The notes under the pieces: model-generated
The model's database searches: none
The model's input: the letters and a program-made list of their open reading frames with translations, nothing else
Told to the model about the DNA's origin: nothing
Assembly (NCBI GenBank): GCA_033764015.1
Contig: JANRJK010000014.1
Coordinates: 1 to 64,000, forward strand
From: Candidatus Sumerlaeia bacterium
Lineage (GTDB): Bacteria; Sumerlaeota; Sumerlaeia; SLMS01; JANRJK01
DNA length: 64,000 nucleotides
Direction: 5' to 3'
Made by a program: the position numbers and the translations under genes
Shown here: positions 9,801-18,713 of the stretch, in pieces
How positions within the stretch are numbered: the first letter of the stretch is position 1
Layout of the letters: every line of letters begins with the position of its first letter

Positions 9801-9975
9801 ACGGGTCGTAGCGGAACTGGTCCCGCGGGCCGGACCAGAACGCGGTGTTCAGGTCGCCGGGGTTGCCGCTGGCGAACCCCCAGTCGAACTGGTCGTAGTA
9901 CAGTTCGGACTGCGCCGCCGCCTTGGTCTGCACCCCCGCGAGAACCAACAGCAGCAAGAAAAGTCGCCAAACCAT
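6808..9975 (-). CDS. Secreted glycoside hydrolase family 31 (alpha-glucosidase/xylosidase-like) with extra N-terminal domain
   Basis: Signal peptide MVWRLFLLLLVLAGVQTKAAA; IPLDAVVLDLDW, nucleophile motif FWQDLNEP, WSGD, DIGGF, ELYVRWCQFG, LYEDDG; GGAGG RBS. Confidence 0.93.
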   Translation of the reverse strand: MVWRLFLLLLVLAGVQTKAAAQSELYYDQFDWGFASGNPGDLNTAFWSGPRDQFRYDPSVAPAEQGAARLGLGGQYFSRLSTRDITPDFPIYAYDFHAAVRLQQVPGSTGEENFEIAFRSNGAEGYLLTIDSGQDLMRLRRQGGGYSDLTPPVPVSINEGDLYYIRGRVTGFISVFISIDIATDPAFANIAASFLHNETNWLPFGDRVELIGFSFANGYNWDVDYFSIGEPAYPHSAADFARSWHTGAPTPPAPVRMGMLDSVNVQPDSVVFTSGAAALRITPRVEGTARVDFSPDGTFAMPASYAVTRTAWPVPTLTVTPGDPYIVEGDGWRIDVETAPVRLVFKRPDGTTLFREDAAQPATAYNESRTLSFAYDTAESIYGLGLHSLWDNGTGLDRDGRSFQIRNHHQAPSYLIYPFWTSSAGYGVFVDNPANGDIAFGTAAAGRADYSTAHGELSYYVFIQDTMKEVLGSYAEVTGRAALPPRWTFGNVQSKYGYQSFAEVQSIIDGFDTRDIPLDAVVLDLDWFGRETMGNLDFQATSNWSNPVSSLAAIRARGIKTIPITEPQMSGLSFNAADALAQGLVGTTDGSTPYDLYTLGWITNSAPVYVLDFTNPDTRAWWIDKHETLIKDYQFDGFWQDLNEPEGKEDSMVFHDGPSPQVHNVQALLMNRALAEAVEAHAPGKRPFIMSRSAYAGSQKYGAGLWSGDVNADWYHLYRQVALGLSLGMAGHPWFNSDIGGFNGTPSAELYVRWCQFGFTNPLYRPHGSFSDREPWRFGAQAEGIVRDLLKLRYRMVPYFYSAARETHDTGVPFMRPLILEWPAETQFANNQRQYLVGPNLMARPVTISGETEGWIDFPPGEWRDWYTGQRTTGPTLALDYPFALERFPLFVRTPSIIPLGPESNRTDAAALGSVTLLVTLPAAGAASAEFTLYEDDGLSTGYLGTDSATTHFTAARDAQDDITVTLGGAVGGYAGMPANREFELQLPDVAPPQSVEWNAVVTPEAADQSAYDAAPRAWFHDGTTLWIKEPAAPVAAPATVVVTSDSRVEGWKVY

Positions 9976-10100
9976 GGGAAGTCCTCCTGGTTGCCCCGCC
10001 CGATGCCCCATCGCGGCACAGGGCGCGCCCCGCGGCAATCGGAGTGAGGAGGGGAGTTGCCGCTTGAACGCCGTGGCCGCGGTGGTAAGCCTACCCGGCT

Positions 10101-10880
10101 ATGGGAACCTTGGCGGCGCGAACGATCCTTGCGGTGCGGGGCTGGGCCCGCTGGTGGGCGGCGCTTGGCGGCTGGCTCCGGGCCGGGCGCCCGGCGTCCC
10201 GCATCGGCGCGGCGTTGCTGCTGGCGCTGGTCCTCGCGTTCTGGGGGGCGTCGGGACGCGGCTGGATGGCGCGCGGGTGGGATGCCGGCGTGGCCCCGGT
10301 CCTGACGTCTCGCGGTATCCCGTTCGCCGGCTTCGCCAAGCTGTTGCTTCTGGTCGCGACGTCGCCCGGTGTGCTGGCGGGCTGGGCGGGAGCGCTCGCC
10401 TTCCGGCATGGCCGCTTGCGGGGGTCGGAGGCGGCGGCCGCGGTGCTCGCGTTCGGCATCCTCGCCACCACGCTCGGGATGGTGTTCGCATTCGCGGGAA
10501 AGTCTGTGCTGCCGGGCTGGGCGTGGACGGTGACCGAGGCCGGTCCGTTGCGGCTGCTCGAGCGCCTGCTCGCCGGTGTGGCGTGGTGCGCCGTCGTGTT
10601 CACGCTGGGGTTGCGGTGCCGGGACGCGGGCAAGTGGGCGAGCGCCCTCCTCTCCGTCGCGGTTGCCTGGTTCGTGGCGGACATCGCCGTGTCGTTCGCT
10701 ATGGGAATCGCGGGACCGCTGACGGGCGGCTGGTTCCAGCGGCTCACGGGGAGCTGGGCCGAGCCGCTGCTATGGTGCGCGATCTACGCGTTCGTCTTCG
10801 GTGTGGCTTGGCTGAAGGCGGCGGAGGCGCTCGCCCGGCGGGCCGCCGGGGAACTCCCTACTGGTTCCCCCACAGGCTGA
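10101..10880 (+). CDS. Hypothetical multi-pass membrane protein
   Basis: About 6 hydrophobic segments; best ORF in the interval. Confidence 0.6.
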   Translation: MGTLAARTILAVRGWARWWAALGGWLRAGRPASRIGAALLLALVLAFWGASGRGWMARGWDAGVAPVLTSRGIPFAGFAKLLLLVATSPGVLAGWAGALAFRHGRLRGSEAAAAVLAFGILATTLGMVFAFAGKSVLPGWAWTVTEAGPLRLLERLLAGVAWCAVVFTLGLRCRDAGKWASALLSVAVAWFVADIAVSFAMGIAGPLTGGWFQRLTGSWAEPLLWCAIYAFVFGVAWLKAAEALARRAAGELPTGSPTG

Positions 10881-11373
10881 GTTCGATCTCCTGCCGCCCC
10901 TGGTTGCCTTCGTAGGAGAGCTGCACCTTGCCGCTACCGGTGGACTCGAGCTTGATGCGCACGCCGCTCCCCTTGAAGTTCACCATCCGCGTGTCGCCCA
11001 CCTGCATCGTCCACTCCTCGCGGGTGTTCGTGTCCGCGAAGATCGCCATGCTGCGCAGGGCGCCCTTGATCTCCCACGTCGAGACGATCTCGGCGATGGG
11101 GATGTCCGGGCGCGGGGTCGGCTCCGGGGTGGGTTCGGGGGTGGGCCTCGGGATGATCGTCTCGAAGAGGTTCACGCGTCCGAAGGCGGGGTACTCCACC
11201 GCCGACGCGGAGCCGGAGGTGTCGACGGAGGACGGCTGCGCGATCTGGTTGTCGAGCCACGACAGGTCGTCCACCGCGGGGACGGCGGGCTTGGGGAAGA
11301 CCACCAGCCCGGAGAGGCCGACGATCACCACGAAGAGGGCGATGTTGAGGTAGGTGATCTGCTTCGGGTCCAT
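10858..11373 (-). CDS. T2SS-associated bitopic protein (possible GspC/PilP-like)
   Basis: N-terminal TM, PTPEPTPEPTP linker, small beta-rich domain; last gene of the gsp cluster. Confidence 0.5.
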   Translation of the reverse strand: MDPKQITYLNIALFVVIVGLSGLVVFPKPAVPAVDDLSWLDNQIAQPSSVDTSGSASAVEYPAFGRVNLFETIIPRPTPEPTPEPTPRPDIPIAEIVSTWEIKGALRSMAIFADTNTREEWTMQVGDTRMVNFKGSGVRIKLESTGSGKVQLSYEGNQGRQEIELSLWGNQ

Positions 11374-11392
11374 GGGTCCCTTCCCGTCTCTT

Positions 11393-11989
11393 CTAGAAGC
11401 GGCCGGAGCTGCGGCGGCGGCGGCGTTCGAGGATCTCCTGCGGGACGGGCGAGATGCGCGCCACGACGAAGCGCCCGCGGACCAGGTCGCGGTCCCGCAC
11501 CGCGTTCAGTTCGACCTCGCGCAGGATCAGGCCGTTGCGGTCGAGCACGCGGAGCAGCCGCTGCGTCTCCTCGAAGGTGCCTTCCGCGCGGACCGTGGTG
11601 GAGATCAGCTCGTACTCGTCCACGTCGTCGATTTCGGAGATGCGCGGCACCTCGACCCCCGGGGTGCGGAAACCGGATTCGGAGACGAGGCGGGCGATCT
11701 GGTCGCTGAAGACCAGGTCCGCGCGCCCGCCGCCGCCGCCTTCGGGCAGGCGCACCTCGTTGCGCTGGTACTCGCGGATGATCGCGCCCGCCTTCTCCAG
11801 GTCCGTGAGGTAGCCTTGGAAGCGCTCGTCGAGCGTCGCGACGTCCACCGCCTCCGGATCGGCCTCCGCCTCCGCCTCGTCGACGGGGGCGAGGAACTGG
11901 AAGGCGAGGAACACAATGAGCGCGCCGACGGTGGCGACGACGAGCTTCTGCTCGCGCGGCTTGAGGTTTTCGAGTCCGGGGATCTTCAT
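11393..11989 (-). CDS. GspM/PilO-like assembly platform protein
   Basis: LKPREQKLV followed by a TM (GspM-type start), coiled region, ferredoxin-like GTFEETQRLL; follows the PilM/N gene. Confidence 0.7.
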   Translation of the reverse strand: MKIPGLENLKPREQKLVVATVGALIVFLAFQFLAPVDEAEAEADPEAVDVATLDERFQGYLTDLEKAGAIIREYQRNEVRLPEGGGGGRADLVFSDQIARLVSESGFRTPGVEVPRISEIDDVDEYELISTTVRAEGTFEETQRLLRVLDRNGLILREVELNAVRDRDLVRGRFVVARISPVPQEILERRRRRSSGRF

Positions 11990-13728
11990 CGGCGGCGGTC
12001 CTCGCGGCGGAGGTTCGCGGTGATCGTGAAGCGGTAGATGTCCTCTGTGCGGCCGCTGAGGCGCTCGGGCTGCTGGTCCGAGGCGCGCACGCCCTCGAGC
12101 ATCTGGCCGCCGTCCACCTTCAGGTCGCGCAGGTACGCCACCAGGTTGTTCACGTCGGAGATGGCGAGCGCGCTGCCCGAGATCGTCAACTCGCGGTCCG
12201 CGACGAACTTGTAGTCCGTGACCGTGACGCGCCCCTCGACGAGCACGGAGCCCATCTGCGGGTAGGACGAGAGCTTGTCGAGGATCAGCATCGCGGACGC
12301 GCGGTCGTCGCGGAGGCGCTTGATGATGCGCACCTTGCGGTCCATCTCGCGGAGCTCGCGGACGCGGGGCTCCATCTCGCTGATCGAAGCGGTGAGCGCG
12401 CGGCCCAGCGCCTTGTGGTAGCGGGAGTTCGTGTCCACCACCAGGAACACCATGATCGCCGCGATCAGCGCCAGCGTGCCGGTGATCGTCCAGAGCACCT
12501 TGCGCTCCTGCGCCGCCTGGCTCGCCACGACGGCGTGCGGCAGCAGGTTGATGCGCTGCGGGACGTTCTTCTCCTCCTCGAGGATCTCCTGCAGCCGGCG
12601 GATCGCGCCGAAGAGGCTCGCGTAGGCGGGGAGCCGCTCGCGCTCGATCGGGGGGATCTTCGCGCTGATCGGCAGCTCGCCCATCGGATTGAACGGCACC
12701 ACCTCGACGCCGAGGTTCACCTGCAGCGAGTCCGCCATGCCGCGCATGAGCGAGCCCTCGCCGGAGAGGTACACGCGGCGGATCGCGGGGAGCGGCTCGT
12801 CGCGGCGCGCGTAGTCGTACGTGCGGCGCACCTGCGTGACCAGCTTGAGGAGCCAGTTGCGCACCGTCTTGCCGACGCCCGTCACCGTGTGCGTGGTGCC
12901 GTCGTCCTCCTGCACGCGGAGCCCGTCCACCCGGAACGCGTCGGGTTCCGACACGTCGAGCGTGAGCAGCTCCTCCATGCTGATGGCGGCCTCGAAGACC
13001 ATCTGCATGGCGACCTTCGAGATGCTGACGCTGCTCATGGAGGACGTGGCGCCGCCGCCCTCCGCGAGCGCCGGGTCGCTCATCTCCATGCGGAGCGTCT
13101 GGAGGCCGTGGAGGATGGCGCGCGTGGCGACGATGCGCCCCTTGTGGACGATGGTGATTTCCGAGTGGATCGGGCCGATGTGCAGCAGCACCACCGGGTC
13201 GCCCGCCGCCTCCGCGGGATGGATCGCGATGAACGACTGGGCGAGGGAGACGGAGGAGACGCTGGCGAAGAGCGGCTCGAAACCCGCATCGCGCGAGATG
13301 TCCACGGCGGGCTGGACCGCCTGCTCCTCGACCGCCGCCAGCAGCACGTCGCTGCCTTCGAGGCCGTGCTTCGCCACCAGCTCCCAGCCGACGATGTGGT
13401 TCTCCCGGTTGAAGGGGATGTGCTTGTCGGCCTCGAAGGAGACCATGCCGGCGATCTCCGCGAGGTCGTTGCTCGGGAGGCGGACGTTGCGCGCGACGCA
13501 GTACTGCTTGGGCAGCAGGAGGGCGACGTCGCAGGGGGGGAGCTGCTCCTCGACGCGGACCTTCTCGCGGACGCGGCGGGCCCGCTCGGCGTTGCCGGCG
13601 GCATCCTTGGGCAGGCCGGTGAAATCGACCGTGAAGGCGCGCTCCAGCACGATGGGCGCCTTCTTGCTCCAGGAAAGGATGCAGACCTTCAGGTCGGCGT
13701 CGGTCAGCTCAAGGGCGGCGGCTTGCAT
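11986..13728 (-). CDS. PilM-PilN (GspL-like) fusion protein
   Basis: Actin-like PilM motifs (EADKHIPF, VLLAAV, LHIGPIHSEI, VYLSGEGS), then INLLP + TM + PilN-like periplasmic domain. Confidence 0.8.
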   Translation of the reverse strand: MQAAALELTDADLKVCILSWSKKAPIVLERAFTVDFTGLPKDAAGNAERARRVREKVRVEEQLPPCDVALLLPKQYCVARNVRLPSNDLAEIAGMVSFEADKHIPFNRENHIVGWELVAKHGLEGSDVLLAAVEEQAVQPAVDISRDAGFEPLFASVSSVSLAQSFIAIHPAEAAGDPVVLLHIGPIHSEITIVHKGRIVATRAILHGLQTLRMEMSDPALAEGGGATSSMSSVSISKVAMQMVFEAAISMEELLTLDVSEPDAFRVDGLRVQEDDGTTHTVTGVGKTVRNWLLKLVTQVRRTYDYARRDEPLPAIRRVYLSGEGSLMRGMADSLQVNLGVEVVPFNPMGELPISAKIPPIERERLPAYASLFGAIRRLQEILEEEKNVPQRINLLPHAVVASQAAQERKVLWTITGTLALIAAIMVFLVVDTNSRYHKALGRALTASISEMEPRVRELREMDRKVRIIKRLRDDRASAMLILDKLSSYPQMGSVLVEGRVTVTDYKFVADRELTISGSALAISDVNNLVAYLRDLKVDGGQMLEGVRASDQQPERLSGRTEDIYRFTITANLRREDRRR

Positions 13729-13890
13729 CGATCCCCTTCGCGGGTCGCATGGCCGCGGTTCGTCGCGGCGCTTGAACCGTGGTCTTGCGGAGCGGGCGGG
13801 GGATTTTCCCCGCCGAAGCCCCGTCTTCCCCGAAGGGAGCAGTCTTCGTACCGGCGGCGCGGGGGCCGAAGCAAGCGCCGAGGAAGCGCG

Positions 13891-15171
13891 TCACTCGATC
13901 CACCGGGTGATGCGGACCGCCGGGTAGCGGACCAGGAGTTCGTTGTCCTGGTCGCGGCGGCGCTCGGATCGACGCCCGAGACGGTCCTCGCGGTCGCGGG
14001 CGCGGTCGGACAGCTCGAAGGTCTCGTCGCGCACGAGGTTGGTCATGCCGCGGCTGGTGTCGACGGTGACGGTGAAGGCCACATCGCCGACATAGCCGGT
14101 GGAGCGCACGCGGGCGAAGTTGCTGCGGATGTCCCAGGCGTAGAATGGCGCGGAGGCTTGGAGGGCGCCGGCGAGGTCGCCGTCCTCGAGCACTTCCTGC
14201 GCGGTCTTGTAGGCGCTCTTGTTGTCGAAGTCGTCCACGCGTCCGCCGCGGCGCTTGCGGATCGTCTGCTCGGCGATCGACTCCCCGTCGCTGACGCCGT
14301 TGGCGCCGACGAGCGCGGCGAGCACGTGCTTCGGCGCGGTGTTCACGTTCAGCCGCCCGTTGTTGCCGATGGTGAAGTAGTCGCGCAGGCCGATGGGGGG
14401 CTCGTCGCGCCCGCGGCGGGGGGGGTTCTCGATGCGGAAGCGCTGCCCCACCTCGCGCCGCGCCGGTTCCGATGAGAGATAGAACTCCAGCTCGGGCGAG
14501 TCGGCGCCGAAGTACGCCTCCGGCGTGACGCCGTAGACGTCGAGGAGCTGCTCGACGGTCTGGAATGGTTCGTTCGGCATCTTGAGCGGCGTGACGGCGT
14601 CCTCGTCGACGCGGCGGTCGCCCTCGAGGCCGGCGGCGAGGATCGCGTAGTAGACGCCTTCCTCGCCGGTGGACTCCTGGCCGGTCGGCGTGGTGTCGGC
14701 GTCGACCCAGTCGATGATCGAGCCGGCGGCGGTCTCCGCGTCCTCCTCGTTGTACCCGATGTCGACGAAGATCTGCTTCAGCAGCGGCAGCCGCGTGGCC
14801 ACGGCCATCTGGTTCAGGTCGAAGAGTCCGTCGAGGTCCTGTGTCTCGACCGTGAAGTAGCCGCCGTCGCGGACGAGTTCTTCCTCGAGCTTCCCCTCCT
14901 CCGGGCGCATCCAGACGTCGCCCTCGCCGTCGAAGGACTCCCCTTCCTCGGCGAAATCGTAGATCAGGTCGTTGCGCTGGTCGACGATGGAGCGCCCGAT
15001 GCCGGCGCGGGCGAGGGCTTCGGCGCGGACCAGCTTCTTGCGCGTCGAGGTGATGCGGGCCTCGCTCATGGCGGAGTAGATGGTCGCGTAGAGCAGCAGC
15101 ATGGCGATCGCCACCACCCACAGCACGACGACGAGGGCGAAGCCGCGGCGCCCGCGGCGGAGGCGCGTCAC
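13891..15171 (-). CDS. gspK: Type II secretion minor pseudopilin K
   Basis: RRG|FALVVVLW, IIDWVDAD, NEPFQTVEQLLDVYGVT, RLNVNTAP; GTG overlaps gspJ stop. Confidence 0.88.
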   Translation of the reverse strand: MTRLRRGRRGFALVVVLWVVAIAMLLLYATIYSAMSEARITSTRKKLVRAEALARAGIGRSIVDQRNDLIYDFAEEGESFDGEGDVWMRPEEGKLEEELVRDGGYFTVETQDLDGLFDLNQMAVATRLPLLKQIFVDIGYNEEDAETAAGSIIDWVDADTTPTGQESTGEEGVYYAILAAGLEGDRRVDEDAVTPLKMPNEPFQTVEQLLDVYGVTPEAYFGADSPELEFYLSSEPARREVGQRFRIENPPRRGRDEPPIGLRDYFTIGNNGRLNVNTAPKHVLAALVGANGVSDGESIAEQTIRKRRGGRVDDFDNKSAYKTAQEVLEDGDLAGALQASAPFYAWDIRSNFARVRSTGYVGDVAFTVTVDTSRGMTNLVRDETFELSDRARDREDRLGRRSERRRDQDNELLVRYPAVRITRWIE

Positions 15172-16229
15172 CGCAGCCACACCGCGCCCGGGTCGACGGG
15201 GCGGTACTTGAGATCGCGCTCGGCGCGCTCCGCCTCCGAGTCCTCCTCCTCGAGCGACGGGTTGCGGGCGAAGGACTCCTGCGCGGTCGGCAGCCGGATG
15301 ATGCGCGTGTAGGTCCGCAGTCCGGCGCGCTCCTTCTTCGGGTCCGCGGCGATGCGGAGCACCACGCGCACGTAGGACGGCAGGCCGTCCGCCGGTTCGC
15401 TTTCTAGCGTGTTGAGGTACTCGTTCCAGCCCGGCGCGCCCGGTTCGAGCTGCGCCGGCTGCTCCGGATCCCGGTCGCGCGGATCGGTCTCCTTCGCCAG
15501 CAGGTAGTTCGAACTGCGGAGCTGGCGCTGCGAGGAGTCCCATTCGTCCACTTCGTACCACTGGTTGTCGTACCAGAAGGCGAAGGCGAACTCGAGCGAG
15601 GCGACGCCTTCGGCGAGGATCTCCTCGATGGGCTCCGTGTCCTTCTCGAGCAGTTCGCCTTCGAGCGTTTCGCCGGGGACATCGATGGTGTCCTGCAGGC
15701 GGACGAGGGCGTTCCCCTTGAGCCGGTAGCTGACCCGCTCCAGGCCCTTCGGCGGCATCGGCGTGCCGTAGCGCGGAGGGGCGGCGCGCGTGAAGAGCAG
15801 CTCCGCGCCGCTCGCGCCCCCCTTGCCGGAAAAGCTGAGGTCGATCAGCTCCCCCTTCTCGTAGGGGTTGCCGACGTGGTTGGGGTCCCGCTCGCCGTCG
15901 GGCGAGCGCTGCGGCTGGCCGTACATCGCCTCGAGGCGCGTGTAGTCGCCGGACTCCTCCGCCTCCAGCTTCATCTGCTCGTACTGCTTGAGCAGCGCCT
16001 CCATGTACGTGTTGTAGGTGGTTTCGTCGCGGTAGTGCACCGAGCGCAGGTCGGACTCGATGGCATCGAGGGCGAAGCGCACGCGCTGCGTCGCGTCGGA
16101 CTCGCGGGCGGTGACGCGCGAGCTGCGCACGGACGCCTCGAGCACGAAGAACACCACCGCCGCGACGATCCCCAGGATCGTCACGGCGACGAGGACCTCC
16201 AGGAGCGTGAAGCCGCCGCGGCCGCGCAC
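15168..16229 (-). CDS. gspJ: Type II secretion minor pseudopilin J-like
   Basis: G|FTLLEVLVAV prepilin motif; GLPSYVRVVL C-terminal pattern; gene order. Confidence 0.78.
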   Translation of the reverse strand: MRGRGGFTLLEVLVAVTILGIVAAVVFFVLEASVRSSRVTARESDATQRVRFALDAIESDLRSVHYRDETTYNTYMEALLKQYEQMKLEAEESGDYTRLEAMYGQPQRSPDGERDPNHVGNPYEKGELIDLSFSGKGGASGAELLFTRAAPPRYGTPMPPKGLERVSYRLKGNALVRLQDTIDVPGETLEGELLEKDTEPIEEILAEGVASLEFAFAFWYDNQWYEVDEWDSSQRQLRSSNYLLAKETDPRDRDPEQPAQLEPGAPGWNEYLNTLESEPADGLPSYVRVVLRIAADPKKERAGLRTYTRIIRLPTAQESFARNPSLEEEDSEAERAERDLKYRPVDPGAVWLR

Positions 16230-16231
16230 CG

Positions 16232-16699
16232 TCAGAACACCTGGTTCGACTGGAGGGACTGGTCGCTGAACAGCGTGGCCTCGATCACGATCGTGTTGAG
16301 CGTCAGGACGGTGCGCTCGCGGTCGCGCTTGTCGGTGTGCGTGATCGCGATGTCGACGCGGTAGAAGGTTTCGAGGTCCTGGAGCGGCTTGCCCTTCGGA
16401 TCCTCCTTGTAGCGCGGCTTCTCCTCGTCCACCTCGATGCGGTAGCCGAAGGAGGCAAACTCGTCGCCGAAGCGCGCCGGGTCGTCCGTGAAGCGCCCCT
16501 CGTAGGACCCCGCGTCCGGCGGCTCCAGCTCCAGGTCGTCCATCAACGTCTGGCCGAGGTACATCGCCTGCTCGTTCACGCGGATCTGGCTCATCGTGTG
16601 GAGCGCGACGCCGAACCCCTTAAGGATCCCTACGAACGCGACCGCCATGATGACGACGGCGACGAGGACTTCCAGCAGGATGTATCCGCGGCGGCTCAC
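16232..16699 (-). CDS. gspI: Type II secretion minor pseudopilin I-like
   Basis: G|YILLEVLVAVVIM; size and position. Confidence 0.72.
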   Translation of the reverse strand: MSRRGYILLEVLVAVVIMAVAFVGILKGFGVALHTMSQIRVNEQAMYLGQTLMDDLELEPPDAGSYEGRFTDDPARFGDEFASFGYRIEVDEEKPRYKEDPKGKPLQDLETFYRVDIAITHTDKRDRERTVLTLNTIVIEATLFSDQSLQSNQVF

Positions 16700-17433
16700 T
16701 CCCCGCCCTCCTGCTCGCGCTGCGCGAAGTACTCCGCCGGCGTGATGCCGTTCGAGAACATCTCGTACTGGCGGCGCTGGTCCTGCACAAGGCGCGAGGC
16801 CACGCGGCGGTACTGCTCCGCCAGCTCCTCCTCGCTCGACTTGATCTGCCGGAAACCCTCCGTACCCTCCTTGGGGGCGGCGGCCGCGAGCTGCTCGTCG
16901 ATGCTCTTCGGCTCGCCCTCCCAGACCGTGACGCGGGAGGCGGCGCGGGAGACCTCGACGGACATGCGGCGGCCCTTGTTGTTCACGATCTGGACCACGC
17001 CGCCGCTCGAGGAGCCGCTCGGATAGAAGAGGATCTCGAGCGGATCGGACGAGCGCTCGAGGCGGTAGTCCTCGCCACCGCGGGAGAACTTGTCGAATCG
17101 GATCCGGGGGCCCAGCTCGCGGGGCTTCTCGATGGACGCCTTCGCGTCGCGCGCGGAGCGCCGCCTTCCCCGGGCGTCGCGCTCCGCGTCCGGCAGCGCG
17201 ATGCGCCAGCGGCGCTCCTCCGGGTCGATGCGGAGCGCGACCGGCTCGCCGCGGGCGACCGCCTCCGAGCGGGCCACGGCCGCCCCCGTCGCGAGCTGCC
17301 GCGCCGCGGAGCGGAGGCCCTCCTTCTCGAGCGCGCCCCGCAGGTTCGGGGCGGCGACCGCCACCACGATCCCGAAGATCACGATGACGATCATGACCTC
17401 GAGGAGGGTGAAGCCGCGGCGCGCGCCCGTCAC
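16696..17433 (-). CDS. gspH: Type II secretion minor pseudopilin H / FimT-like
   Basis: G|FTLLEVMIVIVI, ARSEAV, ILFYPSGSSSGG. Confidence 0.8.
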   Translation of the reverse strand: MTGARRGFTLLEVMIVIVIFGIVVAVAAPNLRGALEKEGLRSAARQLATGAAVARSEAVARGEPVALRIDPEERRWRIALPDAERDARGRRRSARDAKASIEKPRELGPRIRFDKFSRGGEDYRLERSSDPLEILFYPSGSSSGGVVQIVNNKGRRMSVEVSRAASRVTVWEGEPKSIDEQLAAAAPKEGTEGFRQIKSSEEELAEQYRRVASRLVQDQRRQYEMFSNGITPAEYFAQREQEGGE

Positions 17434-18710
17434 TGCAGGCCGCCGGACGGGTCGAGCGTGAAGATCGGCAGAAGCATCGCGATCACCACGAAGGCCACGA
17501 TGACGCCCATGGTGACGATGATGAGCGGCTCGAGCAGCGAAGTGAGCGTGCGGAGCAGCCGCTCCGTGTCCTTCTCGTACGATTCGCTGATGCGGCGGAG
17601 CACATGGGGGAGCTGGCCCGTCTCCTCGCCCACCGCGATCATGTTGGCCGCGACCGTGGGGAAGACGACGGAGCGGCGGAGCGGCTCGGCGACGCTGCTG
17701 CCCTGCGTGATCTCGCCGGCGATCCCCTCGATCTCGGCCTTGAACACCGTGTTGCCGGCGACTTCCTTGACAATGTCAAGCGCCTGGAGGATCGAGACGC
17801 CGTTGGCGAGCAGCGATCCGAAGGTGCGGGCGAACTGCGCCGCCTCGCGCTTGCGCACCACCTCGCCGAGCACCGGGATCCGCAGGACGAATCGGTCCCA
17901 GAGCGCCTTGCCGGCGGGCGTCTTCATGCCGCGCCACGCGCCGGCGCCCGCCGCGGCGAGGACCGCGGCCAGCACCAGGCCGTACTCCTGCATGAACGCC
18001 GACACGTCGATCAGGAAGAGCGTGATCCCCGGCAGCGCCTGCTCCATCTGCTCGAAGGTTTCGACGATGCGCGGGATGACGAAGGTGAACATGATGAAGA
18101 TCGCGGCGCCGCCCGCGACCACCATCACCATCGGGTAGGCGAGCGCCGACATGACCTTGCCGCGCAGCAGCTCCTCCGACTCGGAGAAGTCCGCCAGGCG
18201 CTCGAGCACCTCCGCGAGCATGCCGCCCGCCTCGCCCGACCGGACCATGGCGACGTAAAGCTTCGAGAACACGCCCGGGTGCTTGGCGAGCGCCTCCGCG
18301 AAGGAGTCGCCCCCCTGCACGTCCGAGAGGAGCTGCTCGACGACGCCCTTCATCGCCTCGTCGTCGTGCTGGCGCGCGAGGATGCCGAGGCCGCGGACCA
18401 GCGGGACGCCGCTCGCGATGAGGTCCGCGAGCTGGCGGTTGAACGAGGTGAGCTGGGCGGACTTGACGCGGACCGCGGCGGTGGCCCTCGCGGCCTCGGC
18501 CCGCTGCTCGGACGCGGCCGCGGGGCGCGCGGCGGCCTTCGCGGCGGCGCCCCCCTTCGCGGCGGGCTTCGCGCCCCCCTCGGAGATCGCGACCGGGAAG
18601 TAGCCCATCTGCTGGAGCCGCGTGACCACCGCGCCGCGCGCCGCCGCGTCGATGGTCCCCTCGACCAGCGCGCCCTTCGTGTCCTTTGCCTTGTAGGCGA
18701 ACTGCGGCAT
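17430..18710 (-). CDS. gspF: Type II secretion inner membrane platform protein F
   Basis: RQLADLIASGVPL, GEAGGML, ALAYP, GEETGQL, LLEP repeated T2SSF domains. Confidence 0.95.
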   Translation of the reverse strand: MPQFAYKAKDTKGALVEGTIDAAARGAVVTRLQQMGYFPVAISEGGAKPAAKGGAAAKAAARPAAASEQRAEAARATAAVRVKSAQLTSFNRQLADLIASGVPLVRGLGILARQHDDEAMKGVVEQLLSDVQGGDSFAEALAKHPGVFSKLYVAMVRSGEAGGMLAEVLERLADFSESEELLRGKVMSALAYPMVMVVAGGAAIFIMFTFVIPRIVETFEQMEQALPGITLFLIDVSAFMQEYGLVLAAVLAAAGAGAWRGMKTPAGKALWDRFVLRIPVLGEVVRKREAAQFARTFGSLLANGVSILQALDIVKEVAGNTVFKAEIEGIAGEITQGSSVAEPLRRSVVFPTVAANMIAVGEETGQLPHVLRRISESYEKDTERLLRTLTSLLEPLIIVTMGVIVAFVVIAMLLPIFTLDPSGGLQ

Positions 18711-18713
18711 CGG

